Shown in pieces: positions 48,614-58,956 of a stretch of DNA of 64,000 nucleotides. A program made the translations under genes and the position numbers. Position 1 is the stretch's first letter. Each line of letters opens with the position of its first letter. This DNA comes from Schizosaccharomyces osmophilus (taxonomy: Eukaryota), in assembly GCF_027921745.1 (NCBI RefSeq), contig NC_079238.1:868001-932000 (forward strand), written 5' to 3'. The notes beneath the pieces are model-generated. The model was given only the letters and a program-made list of their open reading frames with translations, was not told the DNA's origin and did not search any database.

Positions 48614-50222
48614 TCATGACTCAACAATGATTTGTAGGGCCTCCGATAGTCCCCTAGGCTTCTGATGATGTCGATGAACGTCTTTCACAGTTATGGAGGA
48701 CAAGTCATAAGACCCGGGCCTGTAGGCAAGAAATTGTAATTCAAAATCTTTTTCGCATTTCGGCGAAATAATCCCAGTATGGAAATTGGTAGTGGAAGCA
48801 ATTAGACCTGGAAGCTTGATAATTTGATCAGGCTTGGTTGGAGGAAATGAAGATAACCCATCATTTATTTTGGAATTGTTGGCTTCATTGTTATCATTAA
48901 TGAAAAACTCGTCGTAACTATAGAGTGGAACTTGCACGACAAGTTCTATAGGTACGTCTGAAGGGTTATACAAGTTGATACTGACTGGAAAGGTGGTGCC
49001 AGCTTTCACGTAGGAAGGGACGGTTGCAGACACATCAAGCAAATTCAATAGCGTCGTCGGAGTTGTCATCGATTCATTACTAGATATTTGCTTAGAATGT
49101 TTATGCAGATGATTCTTTCGCATAACAAACATCGTGGGATGCTTATATAAAAACGGCATACCATGCACATAAGCTCCGTTGAGTTTTCGCACAATAGTTC
49201 CTTCGCAAACACATTCAATTTCAATTCTATAAGCGGATGGTTGTAATTTCATTTGATAAACGATAGAAAACAAGTCGGAGCCTGTTAGTGTTGCGTTGAA
49301 ACCATCATCATATTTTGGACCCAAAAGGGAAAGGCTCGAAGAGGTTGATTTAGACGTAAAGTTTTTAAGAATGAAGCTATGGCAGGAAGTATCCGGTGCA
49401 AGTATGCAAGTGATATACTGATTTACCTCATTGATCATATAAGCGTTTAACTTTATCAAAACTGGGATAGCACAATTAAAATAGCGCTTTCTTGAAATGT
49501 AATTTGGATGTGATTTCGTGTCGTCCATCTGAATGTTTCCGGATATATACGAAGCTGGAAGGAGTGGTGGATTCGCTTGAAACCGAGCATCATTAGAAAG
49601 AGATCCCAGAATGTTGTAGTCTATATCAGCATCTGTTATATAATCATCATTTCCATTATAAGAAGACATGTCTCTTGTAGCATCTGATTCCGATTCTAAT
49701 GAACTTTGGCTTGAGTTTTGATGACTGCCTTCATTATTGACGTAAATTTCTAGCTTATGATCCGGAAAAGAAAAGTTATCTAATTTGTAAGAATACTAAC
49801 CCCAATAGTTGACTTCTTACCTAGCTTTATGAGACATGAAAGGAGTTTGTATTCTCTCTCATTGTTGATCCAATTCAGAGCCGTTGAATCCTTTGTCGTA
49901 GAAGTAAAAGCTCTCGTTTTTCGAAAGTTGGTTGATGAATTCGAACGATTGCTGGAGGAGTTGCTGTACAAATTTCCCTCAATGTTGAATTTATCAAAAG
50001 CTTGATCGAATTTTACGTGTAAAGGCTTCGAAACAACAACATTTACGTAGAAGGATTCGCCTACGGTTATCTGTTAATATAAAAAATACACTCTTCTTGC
50101 ATACCATAGTATAGCTTCAAGTGATCACTTTGTGTATAGTAGTTTTCCAAAGAATTCAATTCATGTTCTTTAATAGGCGAAAAAGAAATAAAAAAATCGA
50201 GTCTTATAGCTTCTTCTTGCAT
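48614..50222 (-). CDS. trs65: probable TRAPP II subunit Trs65; exons 50222-50105, 50060-49821, 49779-48614
   Basis: Three exons join in frame through GT-AG introns; C-terminal Ig-like Trs65-type segment (GLIASTT.FHTGIISP..ELQFLAYRPG.YDL..ITVKD); identity rests partly on recalled synteny. Confidence 0.7.
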
Positions 50223-51012
50223 TAAATAATAGATTTTGGCATAGATAGAAGTCAAAAATTTAGTTCCAGTTTCAAACGAAGAAGAGCAATAGTCAGAAAG
50301 TAAAACTGGGTTTGCTTCCTTTTTATCGAAAAAAAAGGAGATACTTCGAATATATCATATTTTCATTTTTGATTTATTTATTCAATGTTTCCTTGCTAAA
50401 CTTCTTACTGATTTACCGGTTTTGAACAGAGCAGGTTGATTGATAAGATTACTTGTAATTAAAATAGTAATTTAATAACAAATTAATAGAGAAATCGTTT
50501 TAGTTAAATTTGTTCTTCATGCTACTCACCAATCTAATCGTATAATACTGCTTTCTTCTTCCATTAGATGTCACAAAGACGCTTTTAGTCCTAAAAGTTT
50601 TATTCATTTCCACATATCTAGCATTGAATGCACAGTTAATGGCTCCCTTTGGTATCCTTCAAATAATACATAATGTTTACTTGTAAATGCAACATCGGCA
50701 TTCGGTGTCGAACGAAGACTCAAAAGTAAGTGACTTATATTGTAAGCTTTAGACATTGCATATGGTTTTTTGATGAGTATTCAAGCCGTTTTGCTCAGAA
50801 ACCGATTTTTTCCTTCTTCCTCTAAAGAAAGCATTGACTACCCAACCCATGTAATTCATTAAAGAATCAATAAGAGCATATTCGAAAAAAATTTATAGAT
50901 CATTCCCTTGTATTAATTTCATTCTGCGCTCATATAACAAACGTTTGATCATGACCCATTGCGGCATAATATATAAGGTTTCCAAGCTGAGTATACGAAC
51001 AATTCAATCATA

Positions 51013-51858
51013 CTATAGTACAACAGAAGATTCTGTATGGGTCTCTACGTGCATTTCCCATGAAATATCCTCAAATCTTCCTAAAGCATGCTTTGGATAT
51101 CGAAAACTTAACCACTCGTTCCAGAGGCTTTTTTCCTGAAGTGTTAGTTGCTCCCATCTTTTTTGAAAATTACATCTCAGTTGTTCAGCAATGACTGCTA
51201 CTTGTTGCTCAAACTTCACGGGGCATGAAAATTGAAGAAATGGTGACAAGCGGAAATTACACTTCTTAAAGGCGGCTATCATCCTATAAATATTTAATGG
51301 CTCTTTGGAAAGACCATTGTCATGCGATTCATCATTTGAACAAAAGTGATAAGTTGCTCCATAATTTAATAAGCATCCCGTTAATGCAGTAATTGAACAT
51401 ACCTCTTTCACTTTTGACTGCACTGGAGAATGATCAAATTTCCATGTGAAAGCAGGGACTTGGATTGTAATCATCTTCTCGTTTCTATCCAGGTTTAGCA
51501 ATGTATTTACATACAAAGTCAATTTTTGCTCTAACTTCTCACTCCGGTATTTTTGGGGTAAAGTAATTACAAGAGGCCATAATTCTTTTGTTTCCGCGTA
51601 TTCTTTCCAGCAGCTCACGTTTACAAAGAATGTTTGTTCAATGGGCTCCAAGAAATGTACAGCTTGAACATTAGGATGACCTAAAAAGTCAAGAAAAGAT
51701 TGAATAAATTCTCGATCTAAGAGGACACAATCAACCAAATAACTTGTTTTTATCCCAATAATCACAGGTAAAACTCCGTCGATCAACTGAAGTGCAGTAC
51801 CATAAGTAAATCCTTTCGTTTTCAGGTATCTGTGCACTTCATATATGCTTCTTTTCAT
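51013..51858 (-). CDS. conserved protein, DUF4504/C1orf74-like
   Basis: 281-aa ATG ORF; GIKTSYLVD, TALTGCLLNYGATY and QFSCP segments resemble the family; assignment partly from recalled synteny. Confidence 0.6.
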   Translation of the reverse strand: MKRSIYEVHRYLKTKGFTYGTALQLIDGVLPVIIGIKTSYLVDCVLLDREFIQSFLDFLGHPNVQAVHFLEPIEQTFFVNVSCWKEYAETKELWPLVITLPQKYRSEKLEQKLTLYVNTLLNLDRNEKMITIQVPAFTWKFDHSPVQSKVKEVCSITALTGCLLNYGATYHFCSNDESHDNGLSKEPLNIYRMIAAFKKCNFRLSPFLQFSCPVKFEQQVAVIAEQLRCNFQKRWEQLTLQEKSLWNEWLSFRYPKHALGRFEDISWEMHVETHTESSVVL

Positions 51859-52362
51859 AATATTATATATCTAAAAATCTATACGATAAATGAAACTTAG
51901 CATCCGTCAATTCTTCATTTGGTCAATTACAAGTTCCAGTAAGGCTGCAGAATGAATTCCCCCGACTGTTCAAAAAAAAGTGATTCTAAAACCTACGAGC
52001 TTAAGAAAAAATCAAATCTAAGACATTTATCTGAATACGAAAAAAGGTGTATAGCAAATACTTTGAAGAATATTGAGAAACATAAAAATTTGACAACATG
52101 AGGCGACCCATATTGGGAAAAGAAGCTTGTCCTAAATAACTATAGAAACACAAACATCAAAATTTTGGTTTTAAAGGATATGTATGGCATGATATCCTGT
52201 TTTATGTGACCAACAGAAGAAAATAGTATATATAAATACAAACTTGACATAAACAAAAAGTATTTTTTGGAGATTTCACGACATAAAAGTAAAACCATAC
52301 TAGAAATAAAAATGAACCTTGACATAAAAGTAAATATTAAATAAAAGGCGAACATAAATAAT

Positions 52363-53934
52363 TTACTCGTCTCCTGCATGATGAAGTGTAACAGAACTGA
52401 ACCCAGTAAAAGGATTCTCAACTTCGGGAATTGGAGTAGCCGAATGCATATCAACTGCAGGAAGATTGGATGAAATCAAGTATTGAGAGTTTAAATGATC
52501 AATACTGTCCGGTGCTTCGGGGAGCCCTGAAGTCTTTGATACAGCTTCCATACCCTCTTGGATATTTGGCACAATCGGAGGCTTCATGCTGCGTAAGAGT
52601 GCCCATTGGATATCACGGAAGAATGGATGTTCTTTGATATCGGATGCGCCAGCTACAGAACCATAGCGCTTAGTTTCGTCTTTAATCAGTAGTCGCCTAA
52701 TCAAATTTTTGCATGTACTCGATACATTAGGGGCTGCACTATATTCAGGAAAGTTCACGTCCGCATACAGAATGTTTGAAAATGTGGCATGTCTGTTTTT
52801 CCCCTTAAATGGAGTAGTACCATACAAAATTTCGTACAAGAAAATCCCTAGAGTCCACCAGTCAACTGCTACGGTATGGCCACAGCTTCTAATCATTTCT
52901 GGCGCAATGTATTCTTCAGTTCCAACAAAAGAGTTTGTACGGTAAACAGAAAAGTATGAATTTGTGTCCAAGGCTGGTTTGTCATGGGAAAAGGTAGAGT
53001 GCTTTGTCACAAGCATCCGTGGATGAGTTTCAGTACTGATAGGTTTTGACAGATCAAAATCGGACAACATGATATGTCCGGATTGATGTAAAAGAATGTT
53101 TTCGGGCTTCAAATCTCGATAAATAAAGCCCATCAGATGAAGATACTCAAGCGCGAGCGTTACTTCAGCTGCATAGAAGCAAGCACTTTTCTCGGGTAAG
53201 ATATGGCCAGGAAGTGAATGAAGTGCGCGAAAAAACTCCCCGCCAGCACAGTACTCCATGCATAAATAAAGATGATCTTTGGATTGAAATGCATGATAAA
53301 GAGTGACAATGAATGGGTGGTTGCTTTTTGTAAGAATCTCTTGTTCGGCCAAAACGCGTTGAACTTTTCGTCGTTTGATCATTTCGGCTTTGCTTAAAAT
53401 TTTCATCGCAAACAATCGATTGTTGCTTTTTTGCTTTACCAAATACACCTTTCCAACATCTCCTTGACCCAATAGTCGGACTTTTTCAAAACTTTGTGGC
53501 GTAACTTCAACCCTACTTACTTTTGTACTGTTTCCAGAGTATGTACGCTTGCTATATTCGGTTGGTCCAAATATATAGTTTGCTGGATTTTTTAAGGTCT
53601 TAATTTGCGCTTTCTTCATGTTGGAGGTATTCACTGGCGGCTTCGACGGAGCTTCCATTCCTTCATGAGAATCTGGAGCTGACGATATTCTCCGGAGAAC
53701 TGGCTTTTGATCTAAAAAGCTATCACTACCATTGGCAATGCCCTCCATATAACTCTCATCTGAATGTTCAGGCGATTTGGGCTGAGACGAATTTTGGTAG
53801 CTCGTAGATACGGTCACCGCTCGATTACGACGAAAGTGAAACAAATTCTTTAATTTATCAGAGAGATGAGAAGAAGAATTTCTCGGGTCGTTCGAAAAGG
53901 ACTCTTTGTCTCGAATTTCGCTTTTACGCATCAT
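52363..53934 (-). CDS. ppk22: AGC Ser/Thr kinase, Kin82/Fpk1 (flippase kinase) family
   Basis: [54 protein letters not shown]; ppk22 rather than ppk14 from adjacency to lea1. Confidence 0.9.
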   Translation of the reverse strand: MMRKSEIRDKESFSNDPRNSSSHLSDKLKNLFHFRRNRAVTVSTSYQNSSQPKSPEHSDESYMEGIANGSDSFLDQKPVLRRISSAPDSHEGMEAPSKPPVNTSNMKKAQIKTLKNPANYIFGPTEYSKRTYSGNSTKVSRVEVTPQSFEKVRLLGQGDVGKVYLVKQKSNNRLFAMKILSKAEMIKRRKVQRVLAEQEILTKSNHPFIVTLYHAFQSKDHLYLCMEYCAGGEFFRALHSLPGHILPEKSACFYAAEVTLALEYLHLMGFIYRDLKPENILLHQSGHIMLSDFDLSKPISTETHPRMLVTKHSTFSHDKPALDTNSYFSVYRTNSFVGTEEYIAPEMIRSCGHTVAVDWWTLGIFLYEILYGTTPFKGKNRHATFSNILYADVNFPEYSAAPNVSSTCKNLIRRLLIKDETKRYGSVAGASDIKEHPFFRDIQWALLRSMKPPIVPNIQEGMEAVSKTSGLPEAPDSIDHLNSQYLISSNLPAVDMHSATPIPEVENPFTGFSSVTLHHAGDE

Positions 53935-55715
53935 ACACCAATTTTATAGTTTTTTCAGGAATGTCACCAGTGCTTTTTTACACTCTTTTTTTTTTTAACA
54001 GAAAGAAACAATTCTCAAGAATTTCTCTAAACAAACTATCCACAATCGTTTCAGCTATTTCTATGCTTTTTGTGTCATTGGAAGTAGTTGATCTGAGATG
54101 GAGAAAAGAGTGTGTCTGCTGCCAAGGTGAAGAAAGTCAGGTGTCAAAGAAATAGGCATAAAAAATTTATATATATGAAGACAATTCTAGTCATTTGACA
54201 ATTGATAAATCTCTATTTTCATTCATCCCTTTGTTTACCAAAAATAGCTTTTTAGAATCGTTGTACGCAATGATTTCAACCACGGTCAAAGAGGACGCTC
54301 GAAAGAAAGAAAAATAGAAATGTTTTTATGTTAAGATCAGCTCATTAAAGACAAGACATAGCATGATAGCCATTGTCAAACCAAACGAGATGGACAGCCC
54401 TCGTAGTACGCAATGGTTCGCATTCTTGTCATAATTAAACGAACGTAGACCTTTGAGAGTTTAATTTTTATTCAACAAAAGAATAATTTATTCAATACTT
54501 CTCAATCAGTGCGCCAGTAGACTACACATTCTCTCGCCTTCATACTGGGATCGCAGCCAGCCTTTCCATATTGTCGAGTGTTTCAACATGTTCCGTTGTT
54601 TCCAAGAATGTATTTTAGAATTTTTTAAAAATAAACAAGAAGTATAAAATAAAGTCAGAAACCCTGATAGGGAATTAATTCCAAACTTACCACATCTTCA
54701 CTTTTTGCGATTTTTAGTTAAATCGGTTGTAAGCGAATTTCTTGAAAATTTATGTTTGTTTTTATTGTCAATTGTAGAGATATTTGCAAGAAAAAAAAGA
54801 ACTAAAAGTTGAGATTAGGGTGAATCTTTTCTGTGAAAGAAACTGGATATGACAATTGTTCGCGCTGGCGCGATTTTTTCCATTTCCCTTCTCTTCTTTT
54901 AGGTACTCACATGACCCAAGAGTGCTTTTAGAAATCTGTGAGCATACGCTGTCCATCTAGGTATCTTCGTATTCATAAAGTATTCTCGTCTCCATCAACT
55001 TGATGAATTGACTTCCATGTGTTCTAATTACAGATATAATAAAAGGCACACTGAAACTGGCCAACATGGAGATTAGATTGCATCCGGATATTTCAAATGG
55101 GTCATAAAAACAAACTTGCTGTTGACAAATGTTGTATGAAATCGATACTTGCTAACAAGCCATATAGTCAAGGATATGTTGAACGATCATTTTTATAGGC
55201 ACATTATCTTCCAGCAGTGACAGGATGGAGCGTCCCCAACCTTTTCAAGCAATTAATAATAAAATTAGATCTCTTTAATAGCTCGTATTCACGTTATCAG
55301 AGCTTTAATAAACCAGAAAAATTCGTTTTTACATTCCAACATAATGTTTCTCAGGTAGGCGGTTTTAATTCTATTTTCGCAGACGCACATTTTTATAGAA
55401 GGTACTTTTTATGCTTCACATAGTAAACCAAACTCATGTGGACGTCAAATGTTATGTATACTTAGCAGCCTGGTTTAATCCCCCAGACTAAACTCTCACA
55501 CATAACCTCTCAGTAGGAACGACTTTTCCTTCATTCTAGGCCGTATAAATTGTTGAAAGATATTTCAATTTAGTTTTTCTTTCATTAAAAGTTAGTTGGA
55601 TCAGTAATATAGATTGGGAGAAGTCATATCGACATATTTCTAAGCACTGCTAATAAGGATAGTTGGATTTCCTCTCAACGTTATTTAAAGGTTTAATATC
55701 GCATTTACAGATTCT

Positions 55716-56491
55716 ATGCGTTTAAATGCAGATTTCTTAACGCAGGTTCCTTCATTTATCAATCCCTTGAAGGAATCAGAATTGGATTTAAGATATGTCA
55801 GCGTTCGATATCTAGTTTTTGTACAGAGTTACTAACGAAAAGTACAGGGTACCAGATTCCGCTGATTGAAAATTTGGGTATTCTTCGAGATACCAATGAT
55901 AGCATTGATTTTACCGACAATGACATTCGGTATTTAGGAAACTTTCCTCGTATGAGACGTCTTGAAACCCTTCTGTGTGGTCGAAATAGAATAAGCACCA
56001 TCGATCCAGAGCTTGGAAAAGTCTTGCCCAATTTAAAAATCCTTTCGTTAACCCAAAATCACATTCAACAATTGGCAGATTTAGATCCCTTATCCACATG
56101 TACAAGACTCACTCATTTGTCCTGTCTCGATAACGCAGTAAGTCAAAATCAGTATTACAGATTATACCTAGTATGGCGAATTCCATCATTACATATTTTG
56201 GATTTTGAGCGCGTCCGGGAAAACGAGCGATCTCGATCTCAGGAGATGTTTGGTACTATTGACCGTCCTACGGAAATAGCTGCATCCATTATGGGAGTTA
56301 AAAGCCGTGTATTCGACTTGGGAACTCTCGTACAGTCAACAAATACAGATACGAATGCTACTGTTTCCACCGGCTATGCATTAACTCCTGAAGAGAAAGA
56401 ACAAATTAAAGAAGCAATTAAAAATGCTTCTTCAATTGCTGAAATTAATCGATTAGAGGCTATGCTTTTAGAAGGTAAAATACCAAAGTAG
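55716..56491 (+). CDS. lea1: U2 snRNP protein A' (leucine-rich repeats); proposed exons 55716-55792, 55846-56491
   Basis: MRLNADFL..FINPLKESELDLR / YQIPLIENLG..DSIDFTDNDI..NRI..YRLYLVWRIPSLHILDF..IKEAIKNASSIAEINRLE; intron boundaries are non-canonical (see findings). Confidence 0.95.
55793..55845 (+). other. candidate AT-AC intron with U2-type signals in lea1
   Basis: AG|ATATGT...TACTAAC-GAAAAGTAC|A GGG TAC; removal restores ELDLRGYQIP. Confidence 0.65.
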
Positions 56492-56683
56492 GCTCATAAG
56501 ACTTGTTTGGCAATATAATTCTTGGTATGTCTTTACGCAAATTCTGAATAAAATTTCTTGGGATGCAAATAAATGCTTGGAGGATTGTTGTTAATTGTCG
56601 TATACTCAGTCACTTCAAGAAACTGTAAAACTTGTGAAATTTCTGGAGTAGTGACTCAGTAAATAACATCCGTAACAGAAAGA

Positions 56684-57125
56684 TTAGGCTATTCAGGTTA
56701 GTACGAATATAATAGCAATCCAAGCTCTCACTCACTGTCCAAGTATTCCGCTGTAACCAGTAGTTCTAGGACCATTTCTGGAGGAATGTCAAATTTAGGA
56801 ACATCCTGCCGGTTTTTATAGCGATAATTGTAGTGCAAATACTCGCAGACCTTCTCTAAAAGTGAACCTCTATTGTTCATTTCTGTTAGATAGATCACCA
56901 AAGACTTAATAATAATTCGTACCTAATGTCAGGAAATGTACACTCGTTGCTTTGAGCCTCAGCAAATACGCCTAAACATATTTGTTAATCACCTCCATCA
57001 GATGAAATAGTATCCTTGCCTTCATTTAAAATGGCTTTTATGGTTCCAGATATGCAAGCAATGTCTTTTCTTAAAATAAACTCAAAACCATCACTGGAAA
57101 TTAATTTGACATACTCTTCCGACAT
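56684..57125 (-). CDS. elc1: elongin C; exons 57125-57020, 56971-56923, 56869-56736, 56688-56684
   Basis: Not in the ORF track; splicing gives [85 protein letters not shown]; the first intron is GC-AG. Confidence 0.95.
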
Positions 57126-57462
57126 ATTTCTTTTGGTTGGGTTTTAAAAGTGAATGAATTCTCGTTTCTTTACACTTTTCGTAAAAGTTGCTAGGTCTAC
57201 AGTTAACAAGTTCAATTTGCATTATTAGTAAAAAACTATATTTCACTTATATTAGATTCCAATTGTTTTATTGATTAAATGATTTATGATAATGTAACAA
57301 AACTCGATCCAACAAACATGTTTTAAACAAAGATGTTATTATTTGGATATCTCTAGCCAAATGCCTTAAGCATATTACGAAAAAATTATTTTGTACTTTT
57401 ATTATGTTTTGGTAATTACTTACATGGTTTAGGTCATAAGGGTTGATTGTTTGTTTTGATTA

Positions 57463-57476
57463 TTTGTTTTGTTTAC
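57463..57476 (-). promoter_or_regulatory. FLEX-like (Mei4 forkhead) site upstream of the mug131-like gene
   Basis: Minus strand reads GTAAACAAAACAAA about 120 nt before the ATG; fits a middle-meiotic gene family. Confidence 0.5.
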
Positions 57477-57598
57477 TCGTTACATACAAGTGACTGAGTG
57501 TTGTATTCAAAATAGAACCAATTCCTTGTCAATTAGTTTTTACGAATTAACCATTATAATCCACAAAATTTTTTATAGCTCCGCCCTGTAAAATTCAT

Positions 57599-58924
57599 AT
57601 GAATCAGCAAGCAAGGAGTAATACCCCAATGGATAATTTCTCTCAGTCAGCAGCTGAAACTGATGAGGATCCCAGTTTTCTTCGAAAAACATTTCAGCAT
57701 CTCAAACAGCTCTGTATGGCTTGTTCCACGGGCTCTGAATATATTGATAGTGACTCTGAATACATATACAATCAAGAAATGCCCAATGAGCATAACGAAT
57801 TGGGTTTCGAATCGTCCAATGTTTACAATGACTCTCTGACATCAAACAGCTTCAATACTTCAGTGGAGGCACTGAGTCTTGATTACTCGCTCAGCATGCC
57901 GCATGCAGACACGCTTTTAAGATTGAGCAATCTACCTACAACGCAACAATTTGCAGAGGAGAAAGGTTCTATTACTCAGAAAAAAGAAGAAACAAGAAGA
58001 ATCAAAGTTCCATTCGAGAAAGGATTCTTCAGTATTCTGTACGGCACATCACGCACTCCTTTTCTGCATGCACAGTATGCAGATTTTTTTATGTCAGAAT
58101 CCCAAGCTCCTATATCAATTGAGATTGATAACGAAAATGCAAAAAAGAGTATGAGACTAGCCGAGAAAAACTTTCCAGAGGCTTTCGAGCAATTTATCAA
58201 AATTTTAAATGGTCCTAATGTGCCTTTGTCTGTTCTGCTTCATCACGTTATGCTCTATGACCTATACTCTCCTAGGCTTAAGGACGCAATATGGGAGACT
58301 ATTAAAAATTACCTCCAAAAGATGAAAGGCAGCTATGGATATACGGACTTGCATGTCGAAGCCGCACGATACAAACTTACACACCCAAGGTTTATCATGA
58401 TCCATCCGGATGAAATCTTCTCCGTTTATAACAATCCTGACTGGGTTTGTGTTTCCAACGAGCATCTTCACTGTAATATACACATCCAACCTATCGTCAG
58501 CAACGCCATGAAAAGTAGAGATGACCGCATAAGAGAAGTGGCTTCAAACTGTCAAACTCCCATTGAATATGCATGGTTAGCGCTAGGACTCGCGTTGCGA
58601 AAGAAGGCCTCTATATTCCCAATTCATGCCTATTTGAATTGTAAAATCAAGCTTTACGATGAGTCCATTCCTCCTTCTTTGTTGTATTATTCGAAAGAAG
58701 ATGAAAACATAAACACTTCAAACATTGAGGAAATTATTAATTACATGTATGAAATCTTTAATGCAGAAGCTGCTCTTTGTGGTACTTCGTGCAAGAATAG
58801 GGACAACATCAATGTTTCAAAAACGGAAGTCTCTTATCTTGATATTAACAACATCAAACGAGGAAAAGAAGCTAAAACCATGAATCCATTTGAGCCGGAA
58901 AACGTCACTCCCGGTAGTTGTTAG
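57599..58924 (+). CDS. mug131: UPF0300-family Schizosaccharomyces meiotic protein (Mug131-like)
   Basis: 441-aa ORF with HHVMLYDLY..L...W..I..Y, LHVEAA...HPRFIMIHPDEI..WVCV and FPIHAYL segments; position between elongin C and the pseudouridine gene as recalled for S. pombe; FLEX-like site upstream. Confidence 0.65.
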   Translation: MNQQARSNTPMDNFSQSAAETDEDPSFLRKTFQHLKQLCMACSTGSEYIDSDSEYIYNQEMPNEHNELGFESSNVYNDSLTSNSFNTSVEALSLDYSLSMPHADTLLRLSNLPTTQQFAEEKGSITQKKEETRRIKVPFEKGFFSILYGTSRTPFLHAQYADFFMSESQAPISIEIDNENAKKSMRLAEKNFPEAFEQFIKILNGPNVPLSVLLHHVMLYDLYSPRLKDAIWETIKNYLQKMKGSYGYTDLHVEAARYKLTHPRFIMIHPDEIFSVYNNPDWVCVSNEHLHCNIHIQPIVSNAMKSRDDRIREVASNCQTPIEYAWLALGLALRKKASIFPIHAYLNCKIKLYDESIPPSLLYYSKEDENINTSNIEEIINYMYEIFNAEAALCGTSCKNRDNINVSKTEVSYLDINNIKRGKEAKTMNPFEPENVTPGSC

Positions 58925-58956
58925 GAGAGCATCTTTTCAACCGTTATACCACCGGG

